Shown piece after piece: positions 19,558 to 28,792 of a DNA stretch of 64,000 nucleotides. The stretch's first letter is position 1. The number at the start of each line of letters is the position of its first letter. A model generated the notes under the pieces. It saw only the letters and a list, made by a program, of their open reading frames with translations. It was not told the DNA's origin and searched no databases. A program made the translations under genes and the position numbers. The DNA is from an uncultured Methanosarcinales archaeon (lineage in GTDB: Archaea; Nanobdellota; Nanobdellia; Woesearchaeales; GW2011-AR4), in contig CAZPFO010000002.1 in the NCBI GenBank assembly GCA_964585935.1, positions 7,465 through 71,464 on the forward strand, read 5' to 3'.

Positions 19558-20718
19558 TTAAGTATGATAATCTGCATTAATTTTTATATAATCTTCAGTC
19601 ATATCGCAGCCATAAGCTGTTGCTTTTTCTTTTCCTTCTTTTAGGTCAACCAGGATTTTTAATTCTTTTTTGCCCATGATTTTTTTTATCTCTTTGCAAT
19701 TGAAATTTATTGATACGCCGTTTTTTACAATTGCTTTGTCTGCAAAATAAACATCAACCTTTGACTCATCAAATTTTGCTCCGGAATTGCCCATTGCTCC
19801 GAAAATACGGCCCCAATTCGGGTCGTTGCCGTAAACTGCGCATTTGAACAAGTTTGAGCTTACAATTGCTTTTGCCAGTTTTTTAGCTGAGTTTTTGTCT
19901 TTAGTGTTTTTTACAATAACTTCAATAAGTTTTGTTGCTCCTTCGCCGTCAGCTGCTATTTTTTTAGCAAGCTCTACACATACAAAATCAAGAGCTTTCT
20001 GGAATTTTGATTCATTAACTTCTCCTGCATAACCATTTGCCATCAAAATGCACATGTCTGAGGTTGAGGTGTCCATGTCAACACTTACCATGTTGAATGA
20101 TTTGTCAACTGATTTCTTTAACATCATGTTTAGCTTATTTGATGGAATGTCTGCATCAGTCTGTATAAAACAAAGCATAGTGGCCATGTTTGGATGTATC
20201 ATTCCAGAGCCTTTTGCAATTGCTCCTATTGTAAAATTGTCTTCTTTAACATAAACTTCTTTTTCTATCAAATCTGTTGTTAATATTGCTTCTGCTGCCT
20301 TGTGTTTTTTTGAAAGCTGTTTTTTTATTCCTTTTACTCCTTTTTTTATCTTGTCCATTGGAAGGTAAGCGCCAATAACTCCTGTTGAAGCAACTAAAAC
20401 ATCTGTTGTTTTGATATTGAGTTCTTTTGCTGCTAGTTTTGCAGTTGTCCCTGCATCTTGGACTCCCTTTTTGCCCGTGCATACGTTTGCGATCCCTGCG
20501 TTTATAACTATCGCTTGCGCTTTCCCATCTTTAAGATGCTCTTTGGTTATAGCTAATGGGGCGCCTTTAACTGCATTTTTAGTATAAACAGCTGCTGCAT
20601 TGCATAATTTATCCGAATATATAACTGCAAAATCAGGCTTGCCTGATTTTTTAACCCCAATAGATTTTCCAAGAGCTTCAAATCCTTTGGGCAGGTGATG
20701 ATTCTTCAGAATTTGCAT
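19558..20718 (-). CDS. argJ: bifunctional ornithine acetyltransferase / N-acetylglutamate synthase
   Basis: ArgJ family including the autoproteolytic ATML site (HPNMATMLCFIQTDA). Confidence 0.9.
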   Translation of the reverse strand: MQILKNHHLPKGFEALGKSIGVKKSGKPDFAVIYSDKLCNAAAVYTKNAVKGAPLAITKEHLKDGKAQAIVINAGIANVCTGKKGVQDAGTTAKLAAKELNIKTTDVLVASTGVIGAYLPMDKIKKGVKGIKKQLSKKHKAAEAILTTDLIEKEVYVKEDNFTIGAIAKGSGMIHPNMATMLCFIQTDADIPSNKLNMMLKKSVDKSFNMVSVDMDTSTSDMCILMANGYAGEVNESKFQKALDFVCVELAKKIAADGEGATKLIEVIVKNTKDKNSAKKLAKAIVSSNLFKCAVYGNDPNWGRIFGAMGNSGAKFDESKVDVYFADKAIVKNGVSINFNCKEIKKIMGKKELKILVDLKEGKEKATAYGCDMTEDYIKINADYHT

Positions 20719-20720
20719 TT

Positions 20721-22070
20721 TTACCCTACCAAACTCCCCAGTTTAGAATTGAATTCAGACTCCTGTTTAGCTGTTTTTGATTTAATCTTGGTTAAGGCTG
20801 AGGCTGCCTTTTCCAGGCCCAGATTTCCTGTTGCTCCTAAGTGTTTTTTTGATTCGATGTTTTTTACAGGGTCTATATCCTTTAGTTTGTCAAGCTCCTT
20901 GGAAACTTTTTGATACGCTTCACGGAAAGGAACTCCTGCTTTAACCAGCTCATTAACCTTATCAGTTGCAAAGATATCTTTGCTTAAACTTTTAATACAA
21001 TTTGCTTTGTTTACTTTCAATCCATTTAATACTAAGTTCATGATACTTATGCTGGCTAATGTTATTTCAAAGCTCTTTATCAATGGTTCTTTTGTAAGCT
21101 GCAAGTCCTTGTTATACCCTGAGGGCATTTTTGAAAGTGAATTGTTTATTTGAAACAAATTGGACTGTAAAATACTTGATTTTGCCCTTATTAATTCTAA
21201 AACATCAGGATTCTTTTTTTGAGGCATTATAGAGCTGCCTGTTGTAAACTCATCAGGCAATGTGAAAAAGCCAAACTCATCCATACTGAACATGATTAAG
21301 TCATTTGAGATTTTAGCCAGGTCTTCCATTATTTTTGAAAGAGCAAAGACAGTAACAGATTCTATCTTTCCGCGGCTGTTCTGGACATAGAGAACATTAT
21401 TTTGCGTTTTTTCGAAGCCCAGCAGATGGGTTGTCAAGGCACGATCAATTTCAAGATTAACGCCGTAGCCTGCAGCGCTGCCTAAAGGATTCTGGTTGTT
21501 TAGTTTATAGGCTGCTTCAAGCAATTCAAAATTGTCCAACAATGATTCTGCATAGGCACCAAATAACAGGCCCACAGAAGAAGGCATAGCCTTCCTTGTA
21601 TGAGTATATCCCGGCATTGGAATTTTTTTGCTCTTTTCAGCAAAATTGATTATGGTTCCGGTTAATTCTGCCAGCGCCTTATTAATTTCGATTAAATTTT
21701 TTTTAGAGTATAGCCGTGTATCGACCAAAACCTGGTCATTCCTTGAGCGGGCAGTATGTATCTTTTTGCCTAAGCTGCCTAATTTTTTTGCCAGGTAATT
21801 TTCAACAGCTGTATGCATATCCTCATCTTCCAGCTTGATCTCAAACTTGTTCTTTTGTTTTAGAATTCCAACTAATTCTTTTTTTAATTTAGTGAATTCA
21901 GTTTTGTTTAAGATTCCAATCTCCTTAAGCATAGTAGCGTGGGCAATGCTGCTATAGATATCGTATTCCAATAGTTTTTTATCTATCAAAAAGTCATTGC
22001 CTACTGTAAACTTTTCAATTTCCTCATTTAGTTTGTAGGTTTTTTGCCAGAGTTTTGTCATTTTAACCAT
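20721..22070 (-). CDS. argH: argininosuccinate lyase
   Basis: Fumarase/aspartase-family signature GSSIMPQKKNPD. Confidence 0.9.
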   Translation of the reverse strand: MVKMTKLWQKTYKLNEEIEKFTVGNDFLIDKKLLEYDIYSSIAHATMLKEIGILNKTEFTKLKKELVGILKQKNKFEIKLEDEDMHTAVENYLAKKLGSLGKKIHTARSRNDQVLVDTRLYSKKNLIEINKALAELTGTIINFAEKSKKIPMPGYTHTRKAMPSSVGLLFGAYAESLLDNFELLEAAYKLNNQNPLGSAAGYGVNLEIDRALTTHLLGFEKTQNNVLYVQNSRGKIESVTVFALSKIMEDLAKISNDLIMFSMDEFGFFTLPDEFTTGSSIMPQKKNPDVLELIRAKSSILQSNLFQINNSLSKMPSGYNKDLQLTKEPLIKSFEITLASISIMNLVLNGLKVNKANCIKSLSKDIFATDKVNELVKAGVPFREAYQKVSKELDKLKDIDPVKNIESKKHLGATGNLGLEKAASALTKIKSKTAKQESEFNSKLGSLVG

Positions 22071-22990
22071 ATCTTTTTCAATAATTTCAATATTATTGCC
22101 TTTTGCATGTGCAGCCTGTTTTCTGCCTGGTCAAAGACAATGCTTTGCTTGCCATCTATGACCTCAGCTGTCTGCTCGTATCCGCGCAAAGCAGGAAGGC
22201 AGTGCATAAACAAAGCGTCTTTTTTTGCAGCCTTCATCAGTTCTTTATTAACCTGAAATGGTTTGAATGTTTTTATCCGGGATTTTTCCTGTTCTTTTGG
22301 AATTTGATAGCTCATCCATGTGTCTGTATACACGATATCAGCCCCTTTAACTGCTTTTTTCGCATCATCCAATATTTCAATTTTTGATCCTGATTTTCCT
22401 GCATTTTTTTCTGCAATATTCACAATCCATGGCTGAGGCGTGTGTTTTTTTGGGCAGCCAACTGAAATGTCCATGCCCATGATTGAACATCCTAAAAGCA
22501 GCGAGTGGGTTATGTTGTTGTTGCCATCTCCCACAAAGCAGAGCTTCAGGCCTTTGAGCTTTTTCTTTTTTTCGGATATTGTCATTAAGTCAGATAATAT
22601 CTGGCATGGATGAAATGTATCTGTTAACCCATTTACTACAGGGACTATTGAGTTATTTGCAAGCTCTTCTATATCATTCTGGCTGAACAACCTTGCAATT
22701 ATAATCTCACAGTACCTGCTGGATGCTTTTGCAGTGTCTGCTACTGACTCTTTTTCTTTGAATGGAGCATTTTTTGATTCAACAAAGATTGCATGGCCCC
22801 CTAACTGAGTCATTGCCACTTCAAATGAAATCCTTGTGCGCAATGAGGGCTTCTCAAATATCATGAGCATTGTCTTGTTTGACAGGCTGTTTGAATATTT
22901 CTCAGGATGTTTTTTTATTTGAGATGCATGGCTGATTAAATCTAGTATGCTTTTTTCGCCCCATTCAGCTAAAGATATTAGGTCTTTCAT
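22058..22990 (-). CDS. argF: ornithine carbamoyltransferase
   Basis: Carbamoyl-phosphate-binding SLRTR, plus HCLP motifs. Confidence 0.9.
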   Translation of the reverse strand: MKDLISLAEWGEKSILDLISHASQIKKHPEKYSNSLSNKTMLMIFEKPSLRTRISFEVAMTQLGGHAIFVESKNAPFKEKESVADTAKASSRYCEIIIARLFSQNDIEELANNSIVPVVNGLTDTFHPCQILSDLMTISEKKKKLKGLKLCFVGDGNNNITHSLLLGCSIMGMDISVGCPKKHTPQPWIVNIAEKNAGKSGSKIEILDDAKKAVKGADIVYTDTWMSYQIPKEQEKSRIKTFKPFQVNKELMKAAKKDALFMHCLPALRGYEQTAEVIDGKQSIVFDQAENRLHMQKAIILKLLKKIWLK

Positions 22991-24168
22991 TTTGACTTTT
23001 TTGATGCTATTTTCTGCTGCATTCCATAAAATTTAATGAATGCCTCTGCTTCTTTTCCTTCCCATGTGCCTCCCTGGGCATAGCTGGCAATTTCTTCGTC
23101 TATTAAAGATTTTTTTGCCTTGATTTCAGCAGGTATTATATTCATTTTATCTATCTTCATCTTTACAGTGCCTGTAACAACTTTTTGGTTCGAATCATTA
23201 AATGCCTGGATATCCTTGACCAAAGGCTCATAAAGCAGCCCATTGTAAGCGAGATCAGCCCATTCATTCCCGAGTATCGCTTTAATTTTCTGCTGTTTTT
23301 TTGTAAGCACTGCTTTTTCCAGGGCTTTATGCGCTTCTATCAGCAGCAATAAGCCAGGGGCTTCAAAAGCCTGTATTCCTTTAATGCCTATGGTCTCGTC
23401 TTCATAATAGATCCCTCTGCCGAAACCATGGGCTCCTGCTATCTTATTAAGCTCTGCCAGTATATCAGAGCCATGCATTTTCTTCCCATTCAATCCAGCA
23501 AGGGATCCTCCCCTAAATTCTATCTCGACATATTCCGGATCATCATTGGAAAGTTTTGTTATCTGCCATGCTTCTTCATCAGGCTCCTTGCCTTCATCAA
23601 TCTCGCTTCCAGAGATAGTTACTCCAAAAATATTTGCATTTATGGTATATTTCTTTACTTTTTTATCTATCTTGAATCCTTTGCTTTCCAAAATTTTTAT
23701 TTCCTCTGGCCGTGTTATCATTAATTCGCGTATTGGAGCAATAATCTTTAGCTCAGGTGCTAATGTATTAAGTGTAACATCTATCCTTACCTGATCATTG
23801 CCAGCCCCTGTACAGCCATGCGAAACAAGCTTTGTATTCTCCTTTTTTGCTATGCTGATAAGATGCTTTGCTATTGCATACCTGTCTGCGCACATATTTG
23901 GGTAAATTCCCTGATACAACCCATTTGCTTTTATCAGGTTGGATATGATCTCATCAAATATCTCCTTTTTAGCATCAACACTGATATGCTTTACCGCGCC
24001 AAGTTCCTTGCTACGCGCTTTAATTTTATTAAGCTCTTCGCCGCTTAATCCCCCTGTATCAATTGTAGCTGTAACTACATCAAACCCTTTTTCTTTCAGG
24101 TAGAGGACACAAAAACTAGTATCCAAGCCTCCTGAAAATGCCAATATAACTTTTTGGTTCATAAGCAT
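22987..24168 (-). CDS. argG: argininosuccinate synthase
   Basis: PP-loop AFSGGLDTS at the N-terminus, with the rest of the length consistent with ArgG. Confidence 0.9.
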   Translation of the reverse strand: MLMNQKVILAFSGGLDTSFCVLYLKEKGFDVVTATIDTGGLSGEELNKIKARSKELGAVKHISVDAKKEIFDEIISNLIKANGLYQGIYPNMCADRYAIAKHLISIAKKENTKLVSHGCTGAGNDQVRIDVTLNTLAPELKIIAPIRELMITRPEEIKILESKGFKIDKKVKKYTINANIFGVTISGSEIDEGKEPDEEAWQITKLSNDDPEYVEIEFRGGSLAGLNGKKMHGSDILAELNKIAGAHGFGRGIYYEDETIGIKGIQAFEAPGLLLLIEAHKALEKAVLTKKQQKIKAILGNEWADLAYNGLLYEPLVKDIQAFNDSNQKVVTGTVKMKIDKMNIIPAEIKAKKSLIDEEIASYAQGGTWEGKEAEAFIKFYGMQQKIASKKSK

Positions 24169-24226
24169 TGAAAGGCGCAGTTTGTTTTTAAACCTATTGC
24201 CCTATTTAGGACAAATCAAACAAAAA

Positions 24227-24254
24227 TGTCTAATATTGGACATTGTCTAATATT
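24227..24254. promoter_or_regulatory. tandem near-palindromic motif TGTCTAATATTGGACA TTGTCTAATATT upstream of argG; candidate operator
   Basis: The 16-mer TGTCTAATATTGGACA is a two-mismatch palindrome, immediately followed by a second half-copy. It lies about 60-85 nt upstream of the argG start, in the divergent intergenic region. Confidence 0.25.
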
Positions 24255-24545
24255 AAGCTTAAATATTCTATACAAAACTATTATGTCCGAAACAAAACAT
24301 TTAAATATAAGTTATGAAATAGTTAATAATGAACGGTGCATCTTTTTGAGAGGGTACTATAATGAACAAGGTGTAAACGTTCCATAAAAAATTTGTAAAT
24401 TGCAGGGAGCCAAAAAGGCTCCTATTTTTCATGTACCAAAAAGACCTTTCAGAGTGGATTGATGTAAGGAAGGTAGAGATAAACCAGAGAGTCTCGCAAT
24501 TGATCAGCAGGCCTTATACTATCATGTATTAAGGGACATCGGGGG

Positions 24546-25184
24546 GTGGAAATGAACATAACAAAGCTTACAGAGGGCTATATAAAAGAGCATCCGTCAG
24601 TAAAAGACTGCCTGAAAAAAGGGCTTATTAATTATTCCTCTTTGACAAGGCAGGTATGTGATGATATGAACCTGGACCTAAAGAAAAACTTTGATGCTGT
24701 TTTGATAGCCTGCAGAAGATACTACAGGAAGATAAAATCTGAACATTCCAATGAAGACCAGGTATTGAGCATATTAAGGCAGAGCAAGGTAGAAGTGAAA
24801 AATAAGATCATAGTTTTGGTCCTGGAGAAAAATATCCATATGCCTAATCTGATTGAAATAGAGAAAAATGCAAAAAAGCAAAATGAAATCTTCCATATAA
24901 TCGAAGGGGTTTCAGCAATTACTGTTATTACATCAGAAGATTTAATTGGCAGTCTAAAAAGCGCTTTTAAAAATAAGATAGTCAAGGAGAATAAAAACCT
25001 GGCAGAAATAACGTTAAAGAGCCCAAAAGATATTGAGACAACTCCCGGCCTGATATCTTACCTTTATTCCCTGCTGGGAGAGAATAACATCAATATCTTT
25101 GAGACAATGTCCTGCTGGACAGACACTATATTTGTTGTAGAAGAGAAGGATATTGCAAGAGTCATGGAACTGGTTAGGTTTTAG
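24546..25184 (+). CDS. hypothetical protein with C-terminal ACT-like domain
   Basis: C-terminal region ...ITVITSEDLIGSLKSAF...NINIFETMSCWTDTIFVVEEKDIARVMELV resembles ACT regulatory domains. A GGGGGGTGG Shine-Dalgarno-like motif precedes the ATG. Confidence 0.4.
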   Translation: MEMNITKLTEGYIKEHPSVKDCLKKGLINYSSLTRQVCDDMNLDLKKNFDAVLIACRRYYRKIKSEHSNEDQVLSILRQSKVEVKNKIIVLVLEKNIHMPNLIEIEKNAKKQNEIFHIIEGVSAITVITSEDLIGSLKSAFKNKIVKENKNLAEITLKSPKDIETTPGLISYLYSLLGENNINIFETMSCWTDTIFVVEEKDIARVMELVRF

Positions 25185-25199
25185 GGTTGATTATTTTAT

Positions 25200-25985
25200 T
25201 CAGCAACTTGGAGTATCATCCCAATTCCAACGGAGATTATGAAGTGGTGGTAGAGATAGTAAGAAATAAAATTCTTCAGGAGTGAGTAGAATATTTTCAT
25301 CATCTGTGATGTAGCCTTCTTCATCAAATAATTTCTTTCTTAATTTTTCAAATTCCCTTCGTAATGAGGGTTTTAAAAAATTATACTTCCCTCTTAACCC
25401 CTTGATTTCTGTCCTTTCCTCAATTTCTCCATTTATCCATGAAATCTCATTACTAATTTCATCATCAGTTATTGGCAATCTCGAAACAAACTCTAATCTT
25501 CCATCATAAAGTCCCTTTTGGGGCGATGTAGGTGAAATAACCTTTACGTTAGGTTCAGAAGAAATTGGAAATCCATAACTCATCAATAAAGGCATGCCTT
25601 TTTTATGCCTTAGTTTAGGCTTAAATGTGGTTATTGGTGCTGCTTTGCCATCTTTCTCGAAGAATAGCTTCTCTGCATATGAGGTATAAACTCCTCCTAG
25701 AAATTTACAGCCCTCTTTTATTTGGTCATAATCTACTCTAAATATCTTTTTTTTGGGAATTCTCTCCTCCAATGATCCTATATCTTTCTCTTCAGGAGGT
25801 GCTACTATAGTTTGGATTCCATCGGACAAATTAAAGATAACATCTAATGTTCTAGATTCATATTCTATAACACTGGTAAGGGTGCGACAGCTACCTTTAC
25901 AACAGTCTCCTCCACTATAATTACTTTCAACAGGAATGATTTCAATAGTGGCCTTGTTCCATTGAATGGGCATATATTTTGCCAT
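25200..25985 (-). CDS. hypothetical protein
   Basis: 261 aa ORF; no family recognised. Confidence 0.4.
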   Translation of the reverse strand: MAKYMPIQWNKATIEIIPVESNYSGGDCCKGSCRTLTSVIEYESRTLDVIFNLSDGIQTIVAPPEEKDIGSLEERIPKKKIFRVDYDQIKEGCKFLGGVYTSYAEKLFFEKDGKAAPITTFKPKLRHKKGMPLLMSYGFPISSEPNVKVISPTSPQKGLYDGRLEFVSRLPITDDEISNEISWINGEIEERTEIKGLRGKYNFLKPSLRREFEKLRKKLFDEEGYITDDENILLTPEEFYFLLSLPPLHNLRWNWDDTPSC

Positions 25986-26020
25986 TTATTCCCCCAACAT
26001 TAATAATTTAAAAAATGAAT

Positions 26021-26608
26021 TCACTCAACAACTCCCTTACCCTCCAAATAATGCCCTAATTTATCTTTTTTTGTTTTCAGGTATTTTTCAGATTCCTTTG
26101 TTGGATTAATGATCAAAGGTATTCTTTCAACAATCTTAATGCCGTATTTCTCTAAACCTTCTATTTTCTTAGGGTTGTTTGTCAAAAGCCTGATATTCTT
26201 TACACCCAGATCTGCAAGGATCTTAACTCCTATTGTGTAATCTCTGGCGTCTGCCTTGAAGCCAAGCTTTTCATTTGCTTCTACAGTGTCCATGCCCTGC
26301 TCCTGAAGAGCATAAGCCTTGACTTTGTTTGTCAATCCTATGCCCCGGCCTTCCTGCCTCAGATAAAGCAAAACACCGCCTTCTTTGCCAATAATCTCCA
26401 ATGCCTTTTCTAATTGCTGTTTGCAGTCGCATTTCTTGGAATGGAAAACTTCTCCTGTCATGCATTCAGAATGGACTCTTACCAGAACAGTTTTATCTTT
26501 GATGTTATTAACCAAAGCTATATGCTGCAGCTTATTATGGTCTTCGTAAACTATTAATTTAAAGTTGCCATATTCTGTTGGTAAATTAGACTCTGCTTTT
26601 TTCTCCAT
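26021..26608 (-). CDS. ribA: GTP cyclohydrolase II
   Basis: Zinc-binding CxC in [24 protein letters not shown] and [10 protein letters not shown] catalytic region. Confidence 0.8.
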   Translation of the reverse strand: MEKKAESNLPTEYGNFKLIVYEDHNKLQHIALVNNIKDKTVLVRVHSECMTGEVFHSKKCDCKQQLEKALEIIGKEGGVLLYLRQEGRGIGLTNKVKAYALQEQGMDTVEANEKLGFKADARDYTIGVKILADLGVKNIRLLTNNPKKIEGLEKYGIKIVERIPLIINPTKESEKYLKTKKDKLGHYLEGKGVVE

Positions 26609-26710
26609 TGTAAAAAGAAATAATGCAAGTTAGTTTTTAAAGTTATTGTTAAGAAAAGTTTATCTTTTGAAAAACATAGAGATGTCTCTTAGAAAAAAAG
26701 TTATTTTTGC

Positions 26711-26905
26711 TTACTCTCCCTTTTCCTCTTCTTCGCCTTCTTTTCCTTCTTCTTCGCCTTCCTCTTTCTCCTCTTCGTCTGCTTCTTCATAGCCCTTCAT
26801 AAAGCCTGCTTCTTCAGGGCTTATTTCACCGTCGTCTACCAGCTCTTCCCTGCCTTCTTCATCATAGATTGTTTCTTTATCGCTTTTTTCTTCATCTTCT
26901 GCCAT
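26711..26905 (-). CDS. small highly acidic protein (E/D/K low complexity)
   Basis: MAEDEEKSDKETIYDEEGREELVDDGEISPEEAGFMKGYEEADEEEKEEGEEEG... It could be a compositional artefact of a GAA-rich tract. Confidence 0.25.
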   Translation of the reverse strand: MAEDEEKSDKETIYDEEGREELVDDGEISPEEAGFMKGYEEADEEEKEEGEEEGKEGEEEEKGE

Positions 26906-27001
26906 GTTGCATCAAAAACAAACTCTGAAACAACTTATTTAAAAAGATTTCTGTTTTACAGGACAACATTGGATAGAGAAAACAAGGAAAGATTTAAATA
27001 G

Positions 27002-27184
27002 ATGAATTGGTTTGTAGAAGTTATGGATAATACAATGTGGATCGGGGTTTATGCACTAATCGGGGTTTATATTTTTTACAGGCTGTTCTTTAAAAAAAAT
27101 AAATTTGATTTAGAGTATGAAAGAAGGTATAATAAGGTCCTGAATTCTGATGAATATAAGGTAAAAGGGCAGTATGAGAGATAA
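27002..27184 (+). CDS. small hypothetical membrane protein
   Basis: One TM helix; 60 aa. Confidence 0.25.
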   Translation: MNWFVEVMDNTMWIGVYALIGVYIFYRLFFKKNKFDLEYERRYNKVLNSDEYKVKGQYER

Positions 27185-27267
27185 TTCTAAAATATTTTCT
27201 AGAAGGAATCAGCCAAAACATAAAATATTTAAATCAATTCAATCATTAATAACAAAAAAGAGGGATA

Positions 27268-28299
27268 TTGATGAAAAAACCATACTTATTAATGCTTTTT
27301 TTAATTTTTTTAGTCAGCTTGTTTTCTTCCTCTGCTTTATTGACATGTGATATTAAGGGTGTTTGTGATAGTGGAGAAGTAGAGATGCTGGAATTAACTG
27401 CTACTCCAAATGCTCATGTTGCTGACCCTAGTTTTGATTCTTACCCTTATAGCATTTGTTGTTCCGGAGTCCCTGGTTTAGGTACAGACAATAGTGGCGA
27501 AACATTTCTTAGGTTGAGCGGCCCTAATAATGCGCATGTGGAAATTAGCACTAACAACAATTATCCAGTATTAGTGAATATTTCGCCATCTCAGGTATCA
27601 TGCAATTACCGGTCTGGCAGCTGTGCAAGCGATTATACATGCCTGGCCTCGATTTCCAGCTCTACTAATGCTGTTGTTGGGGAGTGTGACCCTGGTCCTT
27701 TTGATTACGATACTCAGGTCTGTTGCAAGTGCGATGCAACAATAAAAGGTTATGTCAGTGATGAAGAAGGTTTTCTAGATGGTGTAAAAGTGGAATTATT
27801 TTATGGCTTAAACATGATAGCAGAGTATCCCTCTACAGCAGCAGGGGGTTATTATGAAATGGATGTGCCATGCGGAACATACTCATTAGTGGCATCTAAA
27901 GAAGATTATGTTGTTAGTACAGTGACTGATGTGTCTCTGGGCTTAACAGCTGAAACAGAAATAAATATTACCATGACGTATGGCCTTGTGTGCGAAGCAG
28001 ACTGCACTTATTTGCTGGACGACAGGTGCCATGAAGAGTGTGATGGATTTACTGATGGAGGAGATAGCTGCCAGTTTTATGATAACATTGCCAAAACAAA
28101 ATGCGATCTGGCACAAAGTGGATGGCAGGTAGAGTATGATTCAGACAATATTGTTAGATGCTGTGAGGGTACGCCTGGTGCAGTGACTCAAATAGACACC
28201 GTCATTAACTGTCCTTATAAAAATTTAGTTAAATTTTACAGGATAGTCACTTATCAAGGAAAACCAATAAAAATGGTGACTGTTGTTTGCGGTGATTAA
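27268..28299 (+). CDS. secreted cysteine-rich protein (Sec signal peptide)
   Basis: N-terminal MMKKPYLLMLFLIFLVSLFSSSA signal. About 25 Cys spread in CC/CxC patterns. First gene of the pilus island. Confidence 0.55.
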   Translation: MMKKPYLLMLFLIFLVSLFSSSALLTCDIKGVCDSGEVEMLELTATPNAHVADPSFDSYPYSICCSGVPGLGTDNSGETFLRLSGPNNAHVEISTNNNYPVLVNISPSQVSCNYRSGSCASDYTCLASISSSTNAVVGECDPGPFDYDTQVCCKCDATIKGYVSDEEGFLDGVKVELFYGLNMIAEYPSTAAGGYYEMDVPCGTYSLVASKEDYVVSTVTDVSLGLTAETEINITMTYGLVCEADCTYLLDDRCHEECDGFTDGGDSCQFYDNIAKTKCDLAQSGWQVEYDSDNIVRCCEGTPGAVTQIDTVINCPYKNLVKFYRIVTYQGKPIKMVTVVCGD

Positions 28300-28690
28300 A
28301 ATTAAAGCACAGGCTTGGTCTATGGATGTGGCTTTGGCAGTCGTCATTTTCATAATAGCATTTTTTATCGTATACAGCATAGTTACAAACAAAACATCAG
28401 GAGATGTTTCTGATTTGTATGAGGAGGCAGAAAGAATCTCAAAAGAAGCGGTTTTGCAAAATTCCACTATCAGTCTGGTAAACGGCGAAAGCTTGAATGA
28501 AACAAAAATTAAAAACGTTTTAGGCCAAGATTATTCCGAATTAAAGCGAAAGCTAAGGGTAAACAATGAATTCTGCATTTATTTTGAAGATGAAAATGGA
28601 AATTTGATAGTGTTCCAGAACTCCTCAGATGACAATGCTTCTGGCATAGGCTCGCAGAGCATCAATATCAGCGGGATTGTGTGCAGTTAA
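28292..28690 (+). CDS. pilin-like protein with class-III signal peptide (GTG start)
   Basis: Using GTG at 28292: MIKIKAQAWSMDVALAVVIFIIAFFIVYSIV. This fits the KAQ...hydrophobic pattern shared by the downstream pilins. It overlaps the upstream stop. Confidence 0.45.
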   Translation: MIKIKAQAWSMDVALAVVIFIIAFFIVYSIVTNKTSGDVSDLYEEAERISKEAVLQNSTISLVNGESLNETKIKNVLGQDYSELKRKLRVNNEFCIYFEDENGNLIVFQNSSDDNASGIGSQSINISGIVCS

Positions 28691-28792
28691 TTGTCCTGAG
28701 CTAATGATCTGATAAAGGGGAATCAATGATTGAAAATTTAACCAATAAAAATTAACCTAAAATCAATAAAAAGGACTAGAAAAAAGAGGCAG

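Noticed and set aside
18847-19644. 265 aa plus-strand hydrophobic ORF
   Set aside because: It is entirely antisense to argB and argJ. Its low-complexity, Phe/Ile/Ser-rich composition is typical of the reverse frame of AT-rich genes.
26271-26465. 64 aa minus-strand ORF rich in Arg/Gly/His
   Set aside because: It overlaps ribA in another frame, and the ribA frame carries the conserved GTP cyclohydrolase II motifs.
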